A DNA stretch of 64,000 bases from a virus (lineage: Duplodnaviria > Heunggongvirae > Uroviricota > Caudoviricetes): IMG/VR virus record IMGVR_UViG_3300043467_001216; one strand, written 5' to 3'. Of the stretch, positions 21,079 to 32,599 are shown piece after piece (within the stretch, counting starts at the first letter, position 1; each line of letters opens with the position of its first letter). The notes beneath the pieces are model-generated. The model was not told the DNA's origin and did not search any database. It saw nothing but the letters and a program-made list of their open reading frames with translations. The position numbers and the translations under genes are program-made.

Positions 21079-22917
21079 ATGGCTAATAAAAAGATTTCGT
21101 ATACTACAAGAGATTTTCAGTCAATAAGAACTGAGTTAATTAATTTTACAAGAACGTATTATCCTGATTTAATTGAGAACGTTAATGACGCGGCGATTTT
21201 CTCGGTGTTCTTAGATTTGAACGCGGCAGTTACTGATAACTTACACTTCAATATTGATAGAAGTATTCAAGAAACGGTTTTACAATTTGCACAACAAAGG
21301 TCTTCAATATATAATATCGCAAGAACTTATGGTTTAAAAATACCGGGTCAAAGACCCTCAGTTGCGTTGGTGGATTTATCAATTACAGTGCCGGCTTACG
21401 GAGATAAAGAAGATTTAAGATACTGTGGTATATTAAGACGAGGTTCTCAGGTGAATGGTGCTGGACAAGCTTTTGAAACTGTGTATGATATTGATTTTGC
21501 ATCACCAATTAGTGGTGATGGTTTTCCTAATCGTTTAAAAATACCTAATTTCGACTCTAATAATAAGTTAATAAATTATACGATTGTTAAAAGAGAGACG
21601 GTAGTTAATGGAGTTACAAAAGTATATAAAAAAGTTATAACACCTAATGATGTTAAACCTTTCTATGAAGTGTTTTTACCTGACAAAAATGTTTTGGGGG
21701 TCACAAGTGTTTTATTAAAAGACGGAACACAATATGGTAATGTCCCTTCAAACCAAGAGTTTTTGGGGCTTGATAATAGATGGTATGAGGTTAAAGCGTT
21801 GGCGGAAGACAGAGTATTCGTTGAAGACCCAACTAAAGTGTCTGATAGTCCTGGTATTAAAGTTGGTAAATATTTGTCGGTAAATGATAAATTTATAACT
21901 GAATTCACACCTGAAGGTTATTTTAAAATGACATTTGGAGGTGGTAATCAATCTGCTGATGAACAATTAAGAGAGTTTGCTAGAAACGGATATAATCTAA
22001 ATTTATACAAATATTCAAATAACTTTGCGTTAGGTAGTACATTAAAATCAAATACAACACTATTCGTTCAGTATAGAGTTGGTGGAGGTCAAGTTAGTAA
22101 TTTGGGTGTTAATGTTATTACACAAATTGGGACTGTATCATTTTTCGTTAACGGACCATCTGAGTCAGTAAACACGAATGTTGTTAACTCATTGTCTTGT
22201 AATAACGTAACTGCGGCTATTGGTGGAGCTGATTATCCAACAATTGAAGAGGTTAGAAACTTAGTGGCGTTTAACTTCTCAGCTCAAAACAGGGCAGTTA
22301 CGGTTAACGATTATGATTCTTTAATTAGAACAATGCCATCACAATTTGGTGCTCCTGCTAAAGTTGCGATTACGGAAGAAAACAACAAAGTTGTTATTAA
22401 AATGTTATCATATGATGAGAATGGTAAGTTAACTGAAATTGTTTCTGACACATTAAAAAATAATGTGGCTAATTACTTATCTAACTATCGAATGATGAAT
22501 GATTATATTTCGGTTCAGGTGGCTAATGTTATTGATTTGTCTTTTACTATTGATGTTGTTTTGGAGAGTAGTCAAAACCAAGGTTCATTAATTACTCAAG
22601 TAATTAATATAGTATCTGATTATTTTGAACCAGGTAATAGACAAATGGGTGAAAATGTTAATGTCTCTGAAATTAGACGATTAATTCAAGCAACTAACGG
22701 TGTTGTTAGTGTTGCTGGTATATCAGTATTTAATAAAGTTGGTGGTCAATACTCATCATCTCAAACATCACAAAGATATCTTGATAAAGACACTAGAGAA
22801 ATTGAATTAATTGATGAAACTATATTTGCAGAACCAAGTCAAACGTACCAAATTAGATATCCAAATAACGATATTAATATTCGAGTTAAGAATCTATCAG
22901 TAACTAATTTTAGTTGA
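21079..22917 (+). CDS. Baseplate wedge protein, T4 gp6/P2 gpJ-like
   Basis: YTTRDFQSIRTELINF N-terminus; AAIGGAD..TIEEVR...AQNRAVTVNDY; follows gp25. Confidence 0.88.
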   Translation: MANKKISYTTRDFQSIRTELINFTRTYYPDLIENVNDAAIFSVFLDLNAAVTDNLHFNIDRSIQETVLQFAQQRSSIYNIARTYGLKIPGQRPSVALVDLSITVPAYGDKEDLRYCGILRRGSQVNGAGQAFETVYDIDFASPISGDGFPNRLKIPNFDSNNKLINYTIVKRETVVNGVTKVYKKVITPNDVKPFYEVFLPDKNVLGVTSVLLKDGTQYGNVPSNQEFLGLDNRWYEVKALAEDRVFVEDPTKVSDSPGIKVGKYLSVNDKFITEFTPEGYFKMTFGGGNQSADEQLREFARNGYNLNLYKYSNNFALGSTLKSNTTLFVQYRVGGGQVSNLGVNVITQIGTVSFFVNGPSESVNTNVVNSLSCNNVTAAIGGADYPTIEEVRNLVAFNFSAQNRAVTVNDYDSLIRTMPSQFGAPAKVAITEENNKVVIKMLSYDENGKLTEIVSDTLKNNVANYLSNYRMMNDYISVQVANVIDLSFTIDVVLESSQNQGSLITQVINIVSDYFEPGNRQMGENVNVSEIRRLIQATNGVVSVAGISVFNKVGGQYSSSQTSQRYLDKDTREIELIDETIFAEPSQTYQIRYPNNDINIRVKNLSVTNFS

Positions 22918-22967
22918 TGATTTATTTTGAAAATTTATCAATTATCTTTTAAAAATAGTATATAAAC

Positions 22968-22974
22968 TATTTAT
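22968..22974 (+). promoter_or_regulatory. TATTTAT putative phage late promoter
   Basis: 14 nt upstream of ATG 22989. Confidence 0.55.
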
Positions 22975-22988
22975 TTTAAAAGAAAATA

Positions 22989-25900
22989 ATGTCAAATTCA
23001 TACAGAATAAGAACAACGGTTGGTGTCGATAAATCAATTAGAGTTAAGTTAGACCAAGATTTCGAATCACTTGAAGTATTATCTATAAAGGTCCTTCAAA
23101 GTGATGTGTATAACAGGAGATGCTCAGATTATGGTGTCATAATTGGTAGAGTAAGTATTAATAATGGGTTTGGTGTTCCAAACGCTAAAGTTTCAGTGTT
23201 CGTCCCATTATCAGATGATGACGAAATTAATAATCCGATAATTGCGGATTTGTATCCTTATAAAAATTTAACAAAGTTAAATGGTGATGGATTCCTTTAT
23301 AATTTATTACCAACAGAACCATCATACAGTAATCACGTACCAACAGGGTCTTTTTTTACACGACAAGATGTTCTAACTAATCCAACTAAAATAGAAATTT
23401 ACGACAAATATTATAAGTATAATTCAGTTACAAATGAAAGTGGTGATTATATGATATTGGGAGTACCTCTTGGGGTCCAAACAGTTGTTGTTAATATTGA
23501 CTTATCAGATATTGGTGAGTTTTCATTGTCACCTCAAGATATGATACGAATGGGTGTTGCAACACCACAACAAGTTGATGGTACTAAATTTAAATCATCG
23601 AGCAATTTAAATGAATTACCTCAAATTATTACTATTAATAGGAATATTGCGGTTGAACCATTTTGGGGTGATGAAAATGTTTGTGAGGTGGGTATTACAA
23701 GAACCGATTTTGATTTGTCAGCTGAAAAAAATATAACAATACGACCAACGGCTATTTTTATGGGGTCGTTAATATCAACAGACGAAGACCTTGCATTAAA
23801 AAGAAATTGTAAACCAACGTTAAAATCCGGTAGTTTATGTAGTTTAATTACAGGGCCTGGTCAAATACAGGCGATTAGACAAACTATAAAAATGGATTCG
23901 AAAGGAAGACCTTCGTTAGAGGTAGCTGAATTGGAAGAGGGTGGTCAAGTAATTGATGATAATGGTACTTGGATGTTTGACGTACCAATGAATTTGGATT
24001 ATGTCGTAACTAATGAGTTTGGTGAACAAGTTATTTCTAATGACCCTAAAAAAGGTATACCGACTAAAGGTAAATATAGATTTAAGGTGATGTGGAATCA
24101 ATCAACAGATTTAGGTGCAAGAGTTAAACGAGCAAATTATTTAGTTCCAAATATTAAAGAGTATGGATGGACAACATCATCCGGTATTGACCCGTTAACG
24201 GGTAAAATGACGGGTAGTAGGGCTAATTTTGGTAGGTTTGACAACCCTTGTGATTATGGTAGTACAGTTCCAACAACAGATAATGGTCGTGCAGCTAAAG
24301 CATCATATGCGTTTAGTTTAGATTGGGATGATTATGGTGAAAAATCTAATAATGGTACTGTAACTACATTAGGTGATGAAATGATATTAGAAGCTATCAA
24401 TTGTCAAGATAGATTCTATGAAATGAGATATAATAAAGTATATACAATATCTCAATTAATTAGTGAATATCGTAAAGGTGATTCGAATAACAGAATTATT
24501 GCGATTAAAAACATTCTTGACGATACTTGTGAATCGACAAATAATAAGTTTCCGTCAAATGATGCGATGTTTAGGATTGATATTATTTACATTCTATTCC
24601 AAATATTAATGATTATTGCTTATGTTATTTTATTTCTTGTTATTTTTGTATATCATTTATATCTTTGGGTTTTATGTAATATTATTCTACCAATTGTAAG
24701 TGCATTAAAGTCTTTTTGGTGTTGGTTAAAAGATAGGGGGTTTTCTATTACTGCGATAAGTTGGTATCCATTTAAACGTTTTGCGGGAGATAAGTGTAAT
24801 AATTTTACGGATAGAGAGAAATCAATTGAAGGGAAATGTAAAGATACCTATTTACCATTACCTAATATGACTTTTCCTGATTGTGAATTATGTGTTTGTG
24901 ACCCAGCGGCACCTAAAACAGTACCACCTGACCCTAATGACCCTGTTGAAGAAGGTAACTCACCTAATGCTGACCTTGTAATAGACGGGGCGTTTTCAAA
25001 AAGACCTTATCCTATCCCTGATACTCCAGGTGCCTTTACACCATATGCAAGTAATGATGTTTATTTTATAACAGGTTTACCGACTAATGGTAAAGACAAT
25101 GACAAAGGTGTAGCACCAAGTATGGGTATTTTTAATTATGGTAATGACCAAAAAATATTACAATCAACAGATTTACCTTGGCATGAACGATTCAATTTGT
25201 TTAATGTTAAAGCTAAATATTTTAATCAAACTTCGGATAATCCTGGTGGTGGTGTGAATCAAATTGGTGTTAGATTTAATGCTGATATGAATGGTGGTCC
25301 TTTAACTGTTAGTAATAATCAATTTAATGGGTCATACCATTTAGATAATGTCATTGCGGTATTAGTTGATTCTACTGAAAGTTCAAATTTCCCAATTGGG
25401 GGTATGTTAACAACTGTTGACCCATCAAAAACTAAAGATGTTAATTTATCAAATGTCTTACCATCTAATGATTTAGGAACTAATAGTATTACAGGTAAAA
25501 CTATTGGTGTCCCATATAATGGTAGTAAAAAAATTAATGTTGCACAGGTTACTGTAACATACGCTGACCCGAATCAAGGTGAAGTTTCTAATGGTCAAGG
25601 TGTGAATTTACAAACTGTATATACTATTACCGGTGGTTCAGAAGACAGTTATCATAAATTTGCGATGGACTTGGAGTATCTTCAAGTAATTGAGAATGTC
25701 TCAGTAAAAGATTATGTTGATGCGGTAACTGCATTAGGTTCTAATTTACCGGATTCGTTTTATGAAAGAGTTATTAACGCTAATTACTCAATTGTTTCAA
25801 CTCAAAGAGTACAAGTAACTCCTAGTCTGTTGAGTATAAATATGCCGCATGGTCTTAGTGATATACAACATTATCATGCAACTTATAGTGCTCCGCCACC

Positions 25901-28748
25901 AAAACCATATATTAGGGGTTATATTGATAAATCAGATAGTTTAAGGGTTGTGTTTTTTGTTAGAGGTGTTGACCCTAATTCACCAAAAACGACAATTTCG
26001 TATGATTTGAGTAAATTATATAGTCAAAAGGATTGGGGTAAGAAAATTGTTACATTGGATAAAATGAGAATGAACATTCCGGTTCAAGGTGGTATTAGAT
26101 GTGTTAAACATACAATCACTGACAATAATCTTATAGATACGTACAGTAATCAATATTTGTTTCACTCAACTTTTATGTGGAAACCAGCGTTAACTAGTTT
26201 GGCAATTGGTCCTCAAGATGACCCGACAACTTGTACTTATGATGCTAATGGTGACCCAATAAATTGTCAACCATATAATCCACCGGGAAGAGACCCATTT
26301 TATCGACCGGCTGATTATGCGTGTTTTAGACCATTCTCAACGACGGCACACACCTATTATTCAATGTTGGATGAAAGTATGGCTGATAATTGTTTTAATA
26401 ATTATGGTAAAGGTACTCAAAATTCAGCAACCTCAACAGGTAAAGGTCTTAGAATTAACTATAATGGTAATGTGAATTGGGGTGGTCCTGAAGGTAATGC
26501 TTTAGGTGGTTATATTGATGTACAACCTGATTATAACAATCAAGATAATGGTTTAGCACCTTGGTTTAGAGGTTGGGGTAATAAAATGATTTGGTTGTAC
26601 CCTAATGTTCCTGGAACTAATAATAATAGGGGTTATTACCCAAATGAGATTATTGAAGGGGGTAATTTAGCATCACTTAATATAAGTCAACGAGACAACA
26701 ATTTTTTCTATATAACTTATGAGAATGGTGATTGTATTCCGGCGTGTACTATTGCTGGATTTCCGGTTTGTTGTTATCCAAATTGGTTTCCAGGACAAAA
26801 CGTACAACTAACATATTATCGACGATTAATTTCATTATTAGAAACAGGTCGTGGTTGGACACAAGCTAGTTGGTTCATTAGTATGACATATAATAGTGTT
26901 GCTATTAAGAATCAAGTACCATTACCTGAAGTTAATATTAATTTAAGTAATGGTGATGCTCGAATGGTTATGAGGTCAGATAGATTACCATCATCATCGG
27001 TAGAGGAACTTAATGAAAATCCGGCACTTAGAGAACTAAGTTATACTTTAATGTCTAACAATAACTTCACATATTTTACAATAACTGATGACGGGGGTGT
27101 TATTCAAAATGGGGGTGTTAACTCAGTTTCAGGTGTTGGTGGTGCGGGTGATTCAAAAGCGGCTAACGCTGAAACAGGAGCTTGTGCGGATATCTTAGGT
27201 ACGTTTAATTGTGAAGGTATGATACCTTTAGATTGTTATTATGTTAATCAAAATAATAATTTCACATATTACCCTCGTGATAAAACACAACCAATACCAC
27301 AATCAGGACCTGGTTCTTGTTGGGGTAATAGAATTCCTAAAGGAACTAACGCTAGATTTGGTGTACCACAACCTGAAGAGATATTTAATCAAGGTTGTTA
27401 TATAACGTGTACAGTACCATTTGAAACGTTAATTTTTGATTATAAGTTATTAACTGAATGGAGGGCAAGAATGGTGATTACATTTGGGGCTTGTCGAAAT
27501 GTTTTCTCACATTATTTTACAAATAATTGGATAAATGGTACATTGTACTCGTTTTCATTCGTTAATTCACGACGATTCACAAGTCCGACTGAACCTAATC
27601 CTAAGTTGAGGAATAAACCATATAATTGTTTTTGTAAAAATATGGTTTATTTTAACACTGAATCTAATAATTTCTATTATAGAAGTAGTCCGTATAATTC
27701 AACCGATAAAACATTTATTGGTCGTCAAAGTCCAAAAAATTGGTTTACAAATAAAAGTTTTGGGGGTAATCAGAAAAATTTAATGTTTCCGACTACTATC
27801 ACGGATTTAGGTCCTAGAGACATTTACACTCAAGAGATTGTTTTTTCAAATGATTATGACGGGTACGTTATGAAAAACTTAGATACGACAACATTTAAAG
27901 ATGTGAGTGATTTGTTAAATACTTTCATAATTTCGAGATTGATAAATAAGAGTTCGTTAGATAAGATATTGGGTATTTTGGGTGTTGGTCAAATTCTAAC
28001 CTACTTTAGTCGTGAAAATTTGAAAATTGATGGTGATTATGCTCAAATGAACAGTATTAACTCTGAGTTAGGAACTATTGGTTTTAGTGATGAGAATTAT
28101 AATAGTTGTACCGATGTCTTTTATAATGGTGCTAATTCTAATGATGCGATTATTGGTGTGTATTTCTCATCTAACACACAAATTAGGGATTATATTACAC
28201 CTAAACGAACTATTATTACTGATGAAAGTACAATTAATAATGCAAATTGTGCATTTGAATATTTTAATGTTAAAACACAAGTTGTTCCATATTATCAGTG
28301 GTATATTAAGAAAAATTTTAACCCTAATTCAGATGGTGAAGACCCAAACCCATCAGCATTATTTGGTCCTTATAAACCTGATAGTATTTTTGGTAATCAA
28401 TTAAATGAATGGCATACTGAACCTTTTTCGGCAACAACATTCTTTAGTTACGGTTATCAGAACCTTGATAGGTTATTAAGAAGTTCAAGATACTTTAGAA
28501 CTAAAGGTAGTACGATTACAAAATACTATAGAGGTAATATTTATTCTGTAGATGGTTCGACGCCACCTGTCCAAAATGCTGACACATTATATTGGGATAC
28601 AAACTCACCAGGTGATAATGTGCCATATTCTGAGAGAGTAATTAACACAGGAGCACCGTTCTATTTTTATTTTGGATTAACACAAGGTAAATCTGCGTTT
28701 GATAGATTTACTAGAAAATGGATAGATAGTGACATATTTACAGATTAA
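22989..28748 (+). CDS. Large putative virion protein (1919 aa) with N-terminal beta-sandwich (carboxypeptidase-regulatory-like) region and internal hydrophobic segment
   Basis: GVIIGRVSINNGFGVPNAKVSVFVP pattern; long hydrophobic stretch at about aa 530-580; Cys-rich; lies in the baseplate operon after a TATTTAT motif. Confidence 0.55.
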   Translation: MSNSYRIRTTVGVDKSIRVKLDQDFESLEVLSIKVLQSDVYNRRCSDYGVIIGRVSINNGFGVPNAKVSVFVPLSDDDEINNPIIADLYPYKNLTKLNGDGFLYNLLPTEPSYSNHVPTGSFFTRQDVLTNPTKIEIYDKYYKYNSVTNESGDYMILGVPLGVQTVVVNIDLSDIGEFSLSPQDMIRMGVATPQQVDGTKFKSSSNLNELPQIITINRNIAVEPFWGDENVCEVGITRTDFDLSAEKNITIRPTAIFMGSLISTDEDLALKRNCKPTLKSGSLCSLITGPGQIQAIRQTIKMDSKGRPSLEVAELEEGGQVIDDNGTWMFDVPMNLDYVVTNEFGEQVISNDPKKGIPTKGKYRFKVMWNQSTDLGARVKRANYLVPNIKEYGWTTSSGIDPLTGKMTGSRANFGRFDNPCDYGSTVPTTDNGRAAKASYAFSLDWDDYGEKSNNGTVTTLGDEMILEAINCQDRFYEMRYNKVYTISQLISEYRKGDSNNRIIAIKNILDDTCESTNNKFPSNDAMFRIDIIYILFQILMIIAYVILFLVIFVYHLYLWVLCNIILPIVSALKSFWCWLKDRGFSITAISWYPFKRFAGDKCNNFTDREKSIEGKCKDTYLPLPNMTFPDCELCVCDPAAPKTVPPDPNDPVEEGNSPNADLVIDGAFSKRPYPIPDTPGAFTPYASNDVYFITGLPTNGKDNDKGVAPSMGIFNYGNDQKILQSTDLPWHERFNLFNVKAKYFNQTSDNPGGGVNQIGVRFNADMNGGPLTVSNNQFNGSYHLDNVIAVLVDSTESSNFPIGGMLTTVDPSKTKDVNLSNVLPSNDLGTNSITGKTIGVPYNGSKKINVAQVTVTYADPNQGEVSNGQGVNLQTVYTITGGSEDSYHKFAMDLEYLQVIENVSVKDYVDAVTALGSNLPDSFYERVINANYSIVSTQRVQVTPSLLSINMPHGLSDIQHYHATYSAPPPKPYIRGYIDKSDSLRVVFFVRGVDPNSPKTTISYDLSKLYSQKDWGKKIVTLDKMRMNIPVQGGIRCVKHTITDNNLIDTYSNQYLFHSTFMWKPALTSLAIGPQDDPTTCTYDANGDPINCQPYNPPGRDPFYRPADYACFRPFSTTAHTYYSMLDESMADNCFNNYGKGTQNSATSTGKGLRINYNGNVNWGGPEGNALGGYIDVQPDYNNQDNGLAPWFRGWGNKMIWLYPNVPGTNNNRGYYPNEIIEGGNLASLNISQRDNNFFYITYENGDCIPACTIAGFPVCCYPNWFPGQNVQLTYYRRLISLLETGRGWTQASWFISMTYNSVAIKNQVPLPEVNINLSNGDARMVMRSDRLPSSSVEELNENPALRELSYTLMSNNNFTYFTITDDGGVIQNGGVNSVSGVGGAGDSKAANAETGACADILGTFNCEGMIPLDCYYVNQNNNFTYYPRDKTQPIPQSGPGSCWGNRIPKGTNARFGVPQPEEIFNQGCYITCTVPFETLIFDYKLLTEWRARMVITFGACRNVFSHYFTNNWINGTLYSFSFVNSRRFTSPTEPNPKLRNKPYNCFCKNMVYFNTESNNFYYRSSPYNSTDKTFIGRQSPKNWFTNKSFGGNQKNLMFPTTITDLGPRDIYTQEIVFSNDYDGYVMKNLDTTTFKDVSDLLNTFIISRLINKSSLDKILGILGVGQILTYFSRENLKIDGDYAQMNSINSELGTIGFSDENYNSCTDVFYNGANSNDAIIGVYFSSNTQIRDYITPKRTIITDESTINNANCAFEYFNVKTQVVPYYQWYIKKNFNPNSDGEDPNPSALFGPYKPDSIFGNQLNEWHTEPFSATTFFSYGYQNLDRLLRSSRYFRTKGSTITKYYRGNIYSVDGSTPPVQNADTLYWDTNSPGDNVPYSERVINTGAPFYFYFGLTQGKSAFDRFTRKWIDSDIFTD

Positions 28749-28750
28749 AA

Positions 28751-30514
28751 ATGGGGAATAATAAAGACATAAGAATAGTTTTAAGTACTTTAAGGTACAA
28801 ATCAGCACCTGAGTTATCATCTGCGATACAGATACCTTTAGTACAAAGTGTAAAAGAAATTGTTGAATATGATAGAAGTGCTAATGTAAGTTTAGAACAA
28901 GTTTTTGATAATGAAAGACAGAAATCAAGTACATTTAGACCAACAAGTAAGTTTTCTATTTTATTTAAAAATGCTTACACAGGTAAAACTAATTATGAAC
29001 CATTTGAAAATAATTTGTACTATGTGGATGTTAAAGAATTGGCGAAACAACAATGTTTAAGTGACCCACAATCAATATGGTGGAAAGGTTTTCCCCAATA
29101 TAATGAGTTTGATTTTATTAGAACTGATTATAATACTTCTGGATATACAATACCACCAAATAATCATATAGATTTTGTCACTAAAAGTGCTAGTACGTAC
29201 AATTGGAATCATTTTTTAACTTATCCGTTTAATAATAATTACAGTAAAAATTTAGTGTGTACGAATTCTAATGGTGTGTTTAATTGGGTGTCAGGTGATG
29301 GTATTCCATTTGTTATTACAAATATTGTGGATAGTGGTAATAATTTGGTTAGTTTTAAATGTTTTGTTAAACACGGATTGAATGAAGGTGAATATGTAAA
29401 ACTTAGTTTTAGTTATTTAGGTAATGATTACTTTGAAATCTATTCATTTGGTGATGGTACTGTAGGAAGTAATGAATACATATTCAACATATTTAATTAT
29501 GGATTTACCGGTAATGTTTTTTTTAACGGACAAAAAGGGACATTTAAAAGAGTTATTGATATTAATAACCCTGTTGATACAATATCAAAATACTATGTTA
29601 AAGAATTAAAAATATTATCAAATCCTGAAGATGCGGTTTTGGTTAAATCGGGTTTTGAACAAAATGTGTTTGGTAAAACAAAAAAATTTGAAAGTAGTGG
29701 TTTCACACCAAATAAAATTGAGAGAGTTTCAGTTAAGGAAGGTTCTCAGTCATACTCATTAACATTTAATTGTGATTTTGATATAAAACCATTAAGAGAT
29801 AATCAAAAAAGACCAATAACTGAATTATTTTTTACTGTTATTTGGAAAGGTTATTTTGGTTGGATGTTTAATACAGGTTATAAATTAAAGCAAGGGTATG
29901 AATTTAACTTACCTTTGGTTAATGGTAATCCTGATTCTTGGTGGGATAAAACAAATGTGGACTCGTCAATGCCTGTTACTATGGGATTTTATTCTAGAAC
30001 AACTAATGTTGGAAATAATCCTGTGACAGACATTTTTAATTATGTGAATTCTTTAAAAAAAGGGGATGTGATTGATGGTGATTTATGCGAGTGGAATGAT
30101 TTTGACCAAATGGAAAGAACAGTGTCAACATTATATCATAAGTTTGTTTATAACAATAATGTTTTTGATATTAAAGAAAGACCTAACCAAAATTATAATA
30201 ATATGATGGGTTATTATTATCAACCACATCATAAATTAACAATTAGAGTATATTCAGATTACGTTGAGGAAGGAGGTCTTAATACGGGTAATTTACCGGA
30301 TTACTCATATTATTCAATATATAGTGATTCGTTTGTTTGGAGGGACATATATACTTATGGGTTTTTAGACCAAGATGGTAGAGGTGTTGATTACCCATTT
30401 TTAAATGGTAAACATTATCCTTATAAAAACTATGTATTTAGGATAATACCTGAAGGAACTAATTTTGTTAGTGATAATTTAATTGATGACCCAACAATTG
30501 ATGCCTGTGAATAG
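28751..30514 (+). CDS. Putative baseplate/structural protein (587 aa)
   Basis: Long clean ORF, aromatic and beta-rich, inside the structural operon. Confidence 0.6.
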   Translation: MGNNKDIRIVLSTLRYKSAPELSSAIQIPLVQSVKEIVEYDRSANVSLEQVFDNERQKSSTFRPTSKFSILFKNAYTGKTNYEPFENNLYYVDVKELAKQQCLSDPQSIWWKGFPQYNEFDFIRTDYNTSGYTIPPNNHIDFVTKSASTYNWNHFLTYPFNNNYSKNLVCTNSNGVFNWVSGDGIPFVITNIVDSGNNLVSFKCFVKHGLNEGEYVKLSFSYLGNDYFEIYSFGDGTVGSNEYIFNIFNYGFTGNVFFNGQKGTFKRVIDINNPVDTISKYYVKELKILSNPEDAVLVKSGFEQNVFGKTKKFESSGFTPNKIERVSVKEGSQSYSLTFNCDFDIKPLRDNQKRPITELFFTVIWKGYFGWMFNTGYKLKQGYEFNLPLVNGNPDSWWDKTNVDSSMPVTMGFYSRTTNVGNNPVTDIFNYVNSLKKGDVIDGDLCEWNDFDQMERTVSTLYHKFVYNNNVFDIKERPNQNYNNMMGYYYQPHHKLTIRVYSDYVEEGGLNTGNLPDYSYYSIYSDSFVWRDIYTYGFLDQDGRGVDYPFLNGKHYPYKNYVFRIIPEGTNFVSDNLIDDPTIDACE

Positions 30515-31313
30515 TTATAGATTTACCATACCTGAAAATGATGGGTATATTAATATACCAATAGAAATTAAATGGGATTTCTTAGGTAGAGATGAGAGTA
30601 TTGAATTATATGAAGAAGATGTTATTGAACAGATAATCGGTGGTCCAAGAGATTATGAAATTATAAGATTTTCGCACGATTTTCATACCAATAATACCAA
30701 AACTGAACTTAATTACGAGTTTAATTTTTTTGATAATAATCCGGGAACAGGAAGTGATATTTTAGTGGCAACATCGACTGATTGGGCACCTACTTATCTT
30801 AATGAAGGGTTTACGTCCTCTCAGATTTATTATTACGAAAATCCATTTACCAAATCATTTTTTAAATTGGATTTTTATGATACTAATCAATCTGCGAATC
30901 AAACACTGTATTTTACTATAATAATACCAACACAACAAGGGGCGACGGAATCCGCAAGTATATCACCAATTATTCCTAATGTTAATATAAAAACTCCGAT
31001 TTTCAAACTTGATTTTGTTGGTGATAAAGAAGGGTTTTTTATTTATTGGATTAGAGACAAAAAAACAATTGACATTTCAACATTTTATATGAGTGCTAAG
31101 TTTTTTAACGGTAGACTTGGTGGGTTTATGAGAATGATGACAACACCCCAATCTAATTTACCAAATAAGTTTTTATTTGATGAATCTAAATACTTCTATC
31201 AAAAAGTGGTATTAGATTATGATAAATACACGTATTCAATATACAATCTGACTAATAATAGAGTTGGAACAACTAGTTCCATAAAATGGTATGAGTACGT
31301 TAACCAACCTTAA
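30501..31313 (+). CDS. Putative structural protein (~270 aa)
   Basis: ORF overlapping the upstream stop; start probably ATG 30501 or GTG 30507 rather than 30483. Confidence 0.6.
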   Translation: MPVNSYRFTIPENDGYINIPIEIKWDFLGRDESIELYEEDVIEQIIGGPRDYEIIRFSHDFHTNNTKTELNYEFNFFDNNPGTGSDILVATSTDWAPTYLNEGFTSSQIYYYENPFTKSFFKLDFYDTNQSANQTLYFTIIIPTQQGATESASISPIIPNVNIKTPIFKLDFVGDKEGFFIYWIRDKKTIDISTFYMSAKFFNGRLGGFMRMMTTPQSNLPNKFLFDESKYFYQKVVLDYDKYTYSIYNLTNNRVGTTSSIKWYEYVNQP

Positions 31314-31315
31314 AA

Positions 31316-32560
31316 ATGGAAGAAAGAATATTTCATTATAAAATATCCCCTGAAGTCATTAAGAATGATTTATTCTTAGTGAATTATACGGGTAATAGTG
31401 ATACAACAAATGCCGAATACGTTTATTGTTGTGACATTTACACAAGTGCGGTGACTAAATATTTTAGTGGTCAAACGTATGCTTATTCATCAATGACTCA
31501 AATTTTGTCAGGAGGTAGTTTCAATACAAATACAAAACAGTACAATTCAATTTTAACGGGTCTAACAATACCTATTTTCATCACTGAAAATACAACTGAT
31601 ATTGGTATTTATACCGTTTTTGATGGGATGGTGTTGCAACAAGAAACGATGACTAATTTTATCTTTTCTTCAACAACCACAAACCCCAACACGTATTATT
31701 TCTATAACACCTCAGACACTGAATTTAAAAAATATTTATCATTTTCTGAATATAAAATAGATTGGGGGGATGGTTCACCTCAAATGACTGTTAATAATGT
31801 TCTACCTAATAACTATTCACATACATATACCCAACAAGGTGAATTCACTATTACTATGTCAGGTATGAGTCCTTGGGGTGTAAATTTAGTTAAGAAAGAT
31901 GTAACAGTACCATACAGTGTGGTGACAATAACAAATCCTAAAGGTGTTGCTCATTTTATACCCGCAGGTGGTAGTTGGTCGGCAACATCGTTGAGTTATG
32001 ATTATATATTCAGTGGTGATTCGGTGTGTGATGTCGAATTACAGACTAGCGGAAATTTTACAAACGTACCATTTTTAGTAACAGGGTATACTAATTCGAC
32101 AATAAATGATTTGGAAGTCTATGGTAGTAAATTTAATCCATCGTTATATGACGGTAGATTCAAAATGGGTATTCAAATAACTGCTGACACAAATACCATT
32201 GGTACTTTTTGGGGTCCATCAGACAATCCATCATATGTTGGTCCTTTGGGTGTAGTAAATGGTGGTGTGTACACTGCATACACAATTAATGATATTGATT
32301 ATTATGACTTCTTTGATGGGACAACGATTTTTGTTGTTGAATCTTCAGGTGTAACGTCAGATATGATAGTTTGTTCAGGAATAACAAAAAATGAGTTATT
32401 ACTTAACGTTATTGATGAACCCGTAACACAGTCGGATATATTTATCGAAAGAGGTAAACAATCAGGTCTTGAAGCTTTAATGAGAATTGGCGAGGTGGAT
32501 AATGTGGGTGACCTTGAAAAATACGGTTATGGGTTTTTTAAAGTTAATGAAATCCAATAA
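31316..32560 (+). CDS. Putative structural protein with PKD-like domain
   Basis: YKIDWGDGS...SHTYTQQGEFTITMSG matches the PKD WGDG...HTY...G.Y motif. Confidence 0.65.
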   Translation: MEERIFHYKISPEVIKNDLFLVNYTGNSDTTNAEYVYCCDIYTSAVTKYFSGQTYAYSSMTQILSGGSFNTNTKQYNSILTGLTIPIFITENTTDIGIYTVFDGMVLQQETMTNFIFSSTTTNPNTYYFYNTSDTEFKKYLSFSEYKIDWGDGSPQMTVNNVLPNNYSHTYTQQGEFTITMSGMSPWGVNLVKKDVTVPYSVVTITNPKGVAHFIPAGGSWSATSLSYDYIFSGDSVCDVELQTSGNFTNVPFLVTGYTNSTINDLEVYGSKFNPSLYDGRFKMGIQITADTNTIGTFWGPSDNPSYVGPLGVVNGGVYTAYTINDIDYYDFFDGTTIFVVESSGVTSDMIVCSGITKNELLLNVIDEPVTQSDIFIERGKQSGLEALMRIGEVDNVGDLEKYGYGFFKVNEIQ

Positions 32561-32575
32561 AAAACATAAAATTGA

Positions 32576-32582
32576 TATTTAT
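32576..32582 (+). promoter_or_regulatory. TATTTAT putative phage late promoter
   Basis: 17 nt upstream of ATG 32600. Confidence 0.55.
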
Positions 32583-32599
32583 TTAAAAGAGATTAAATA

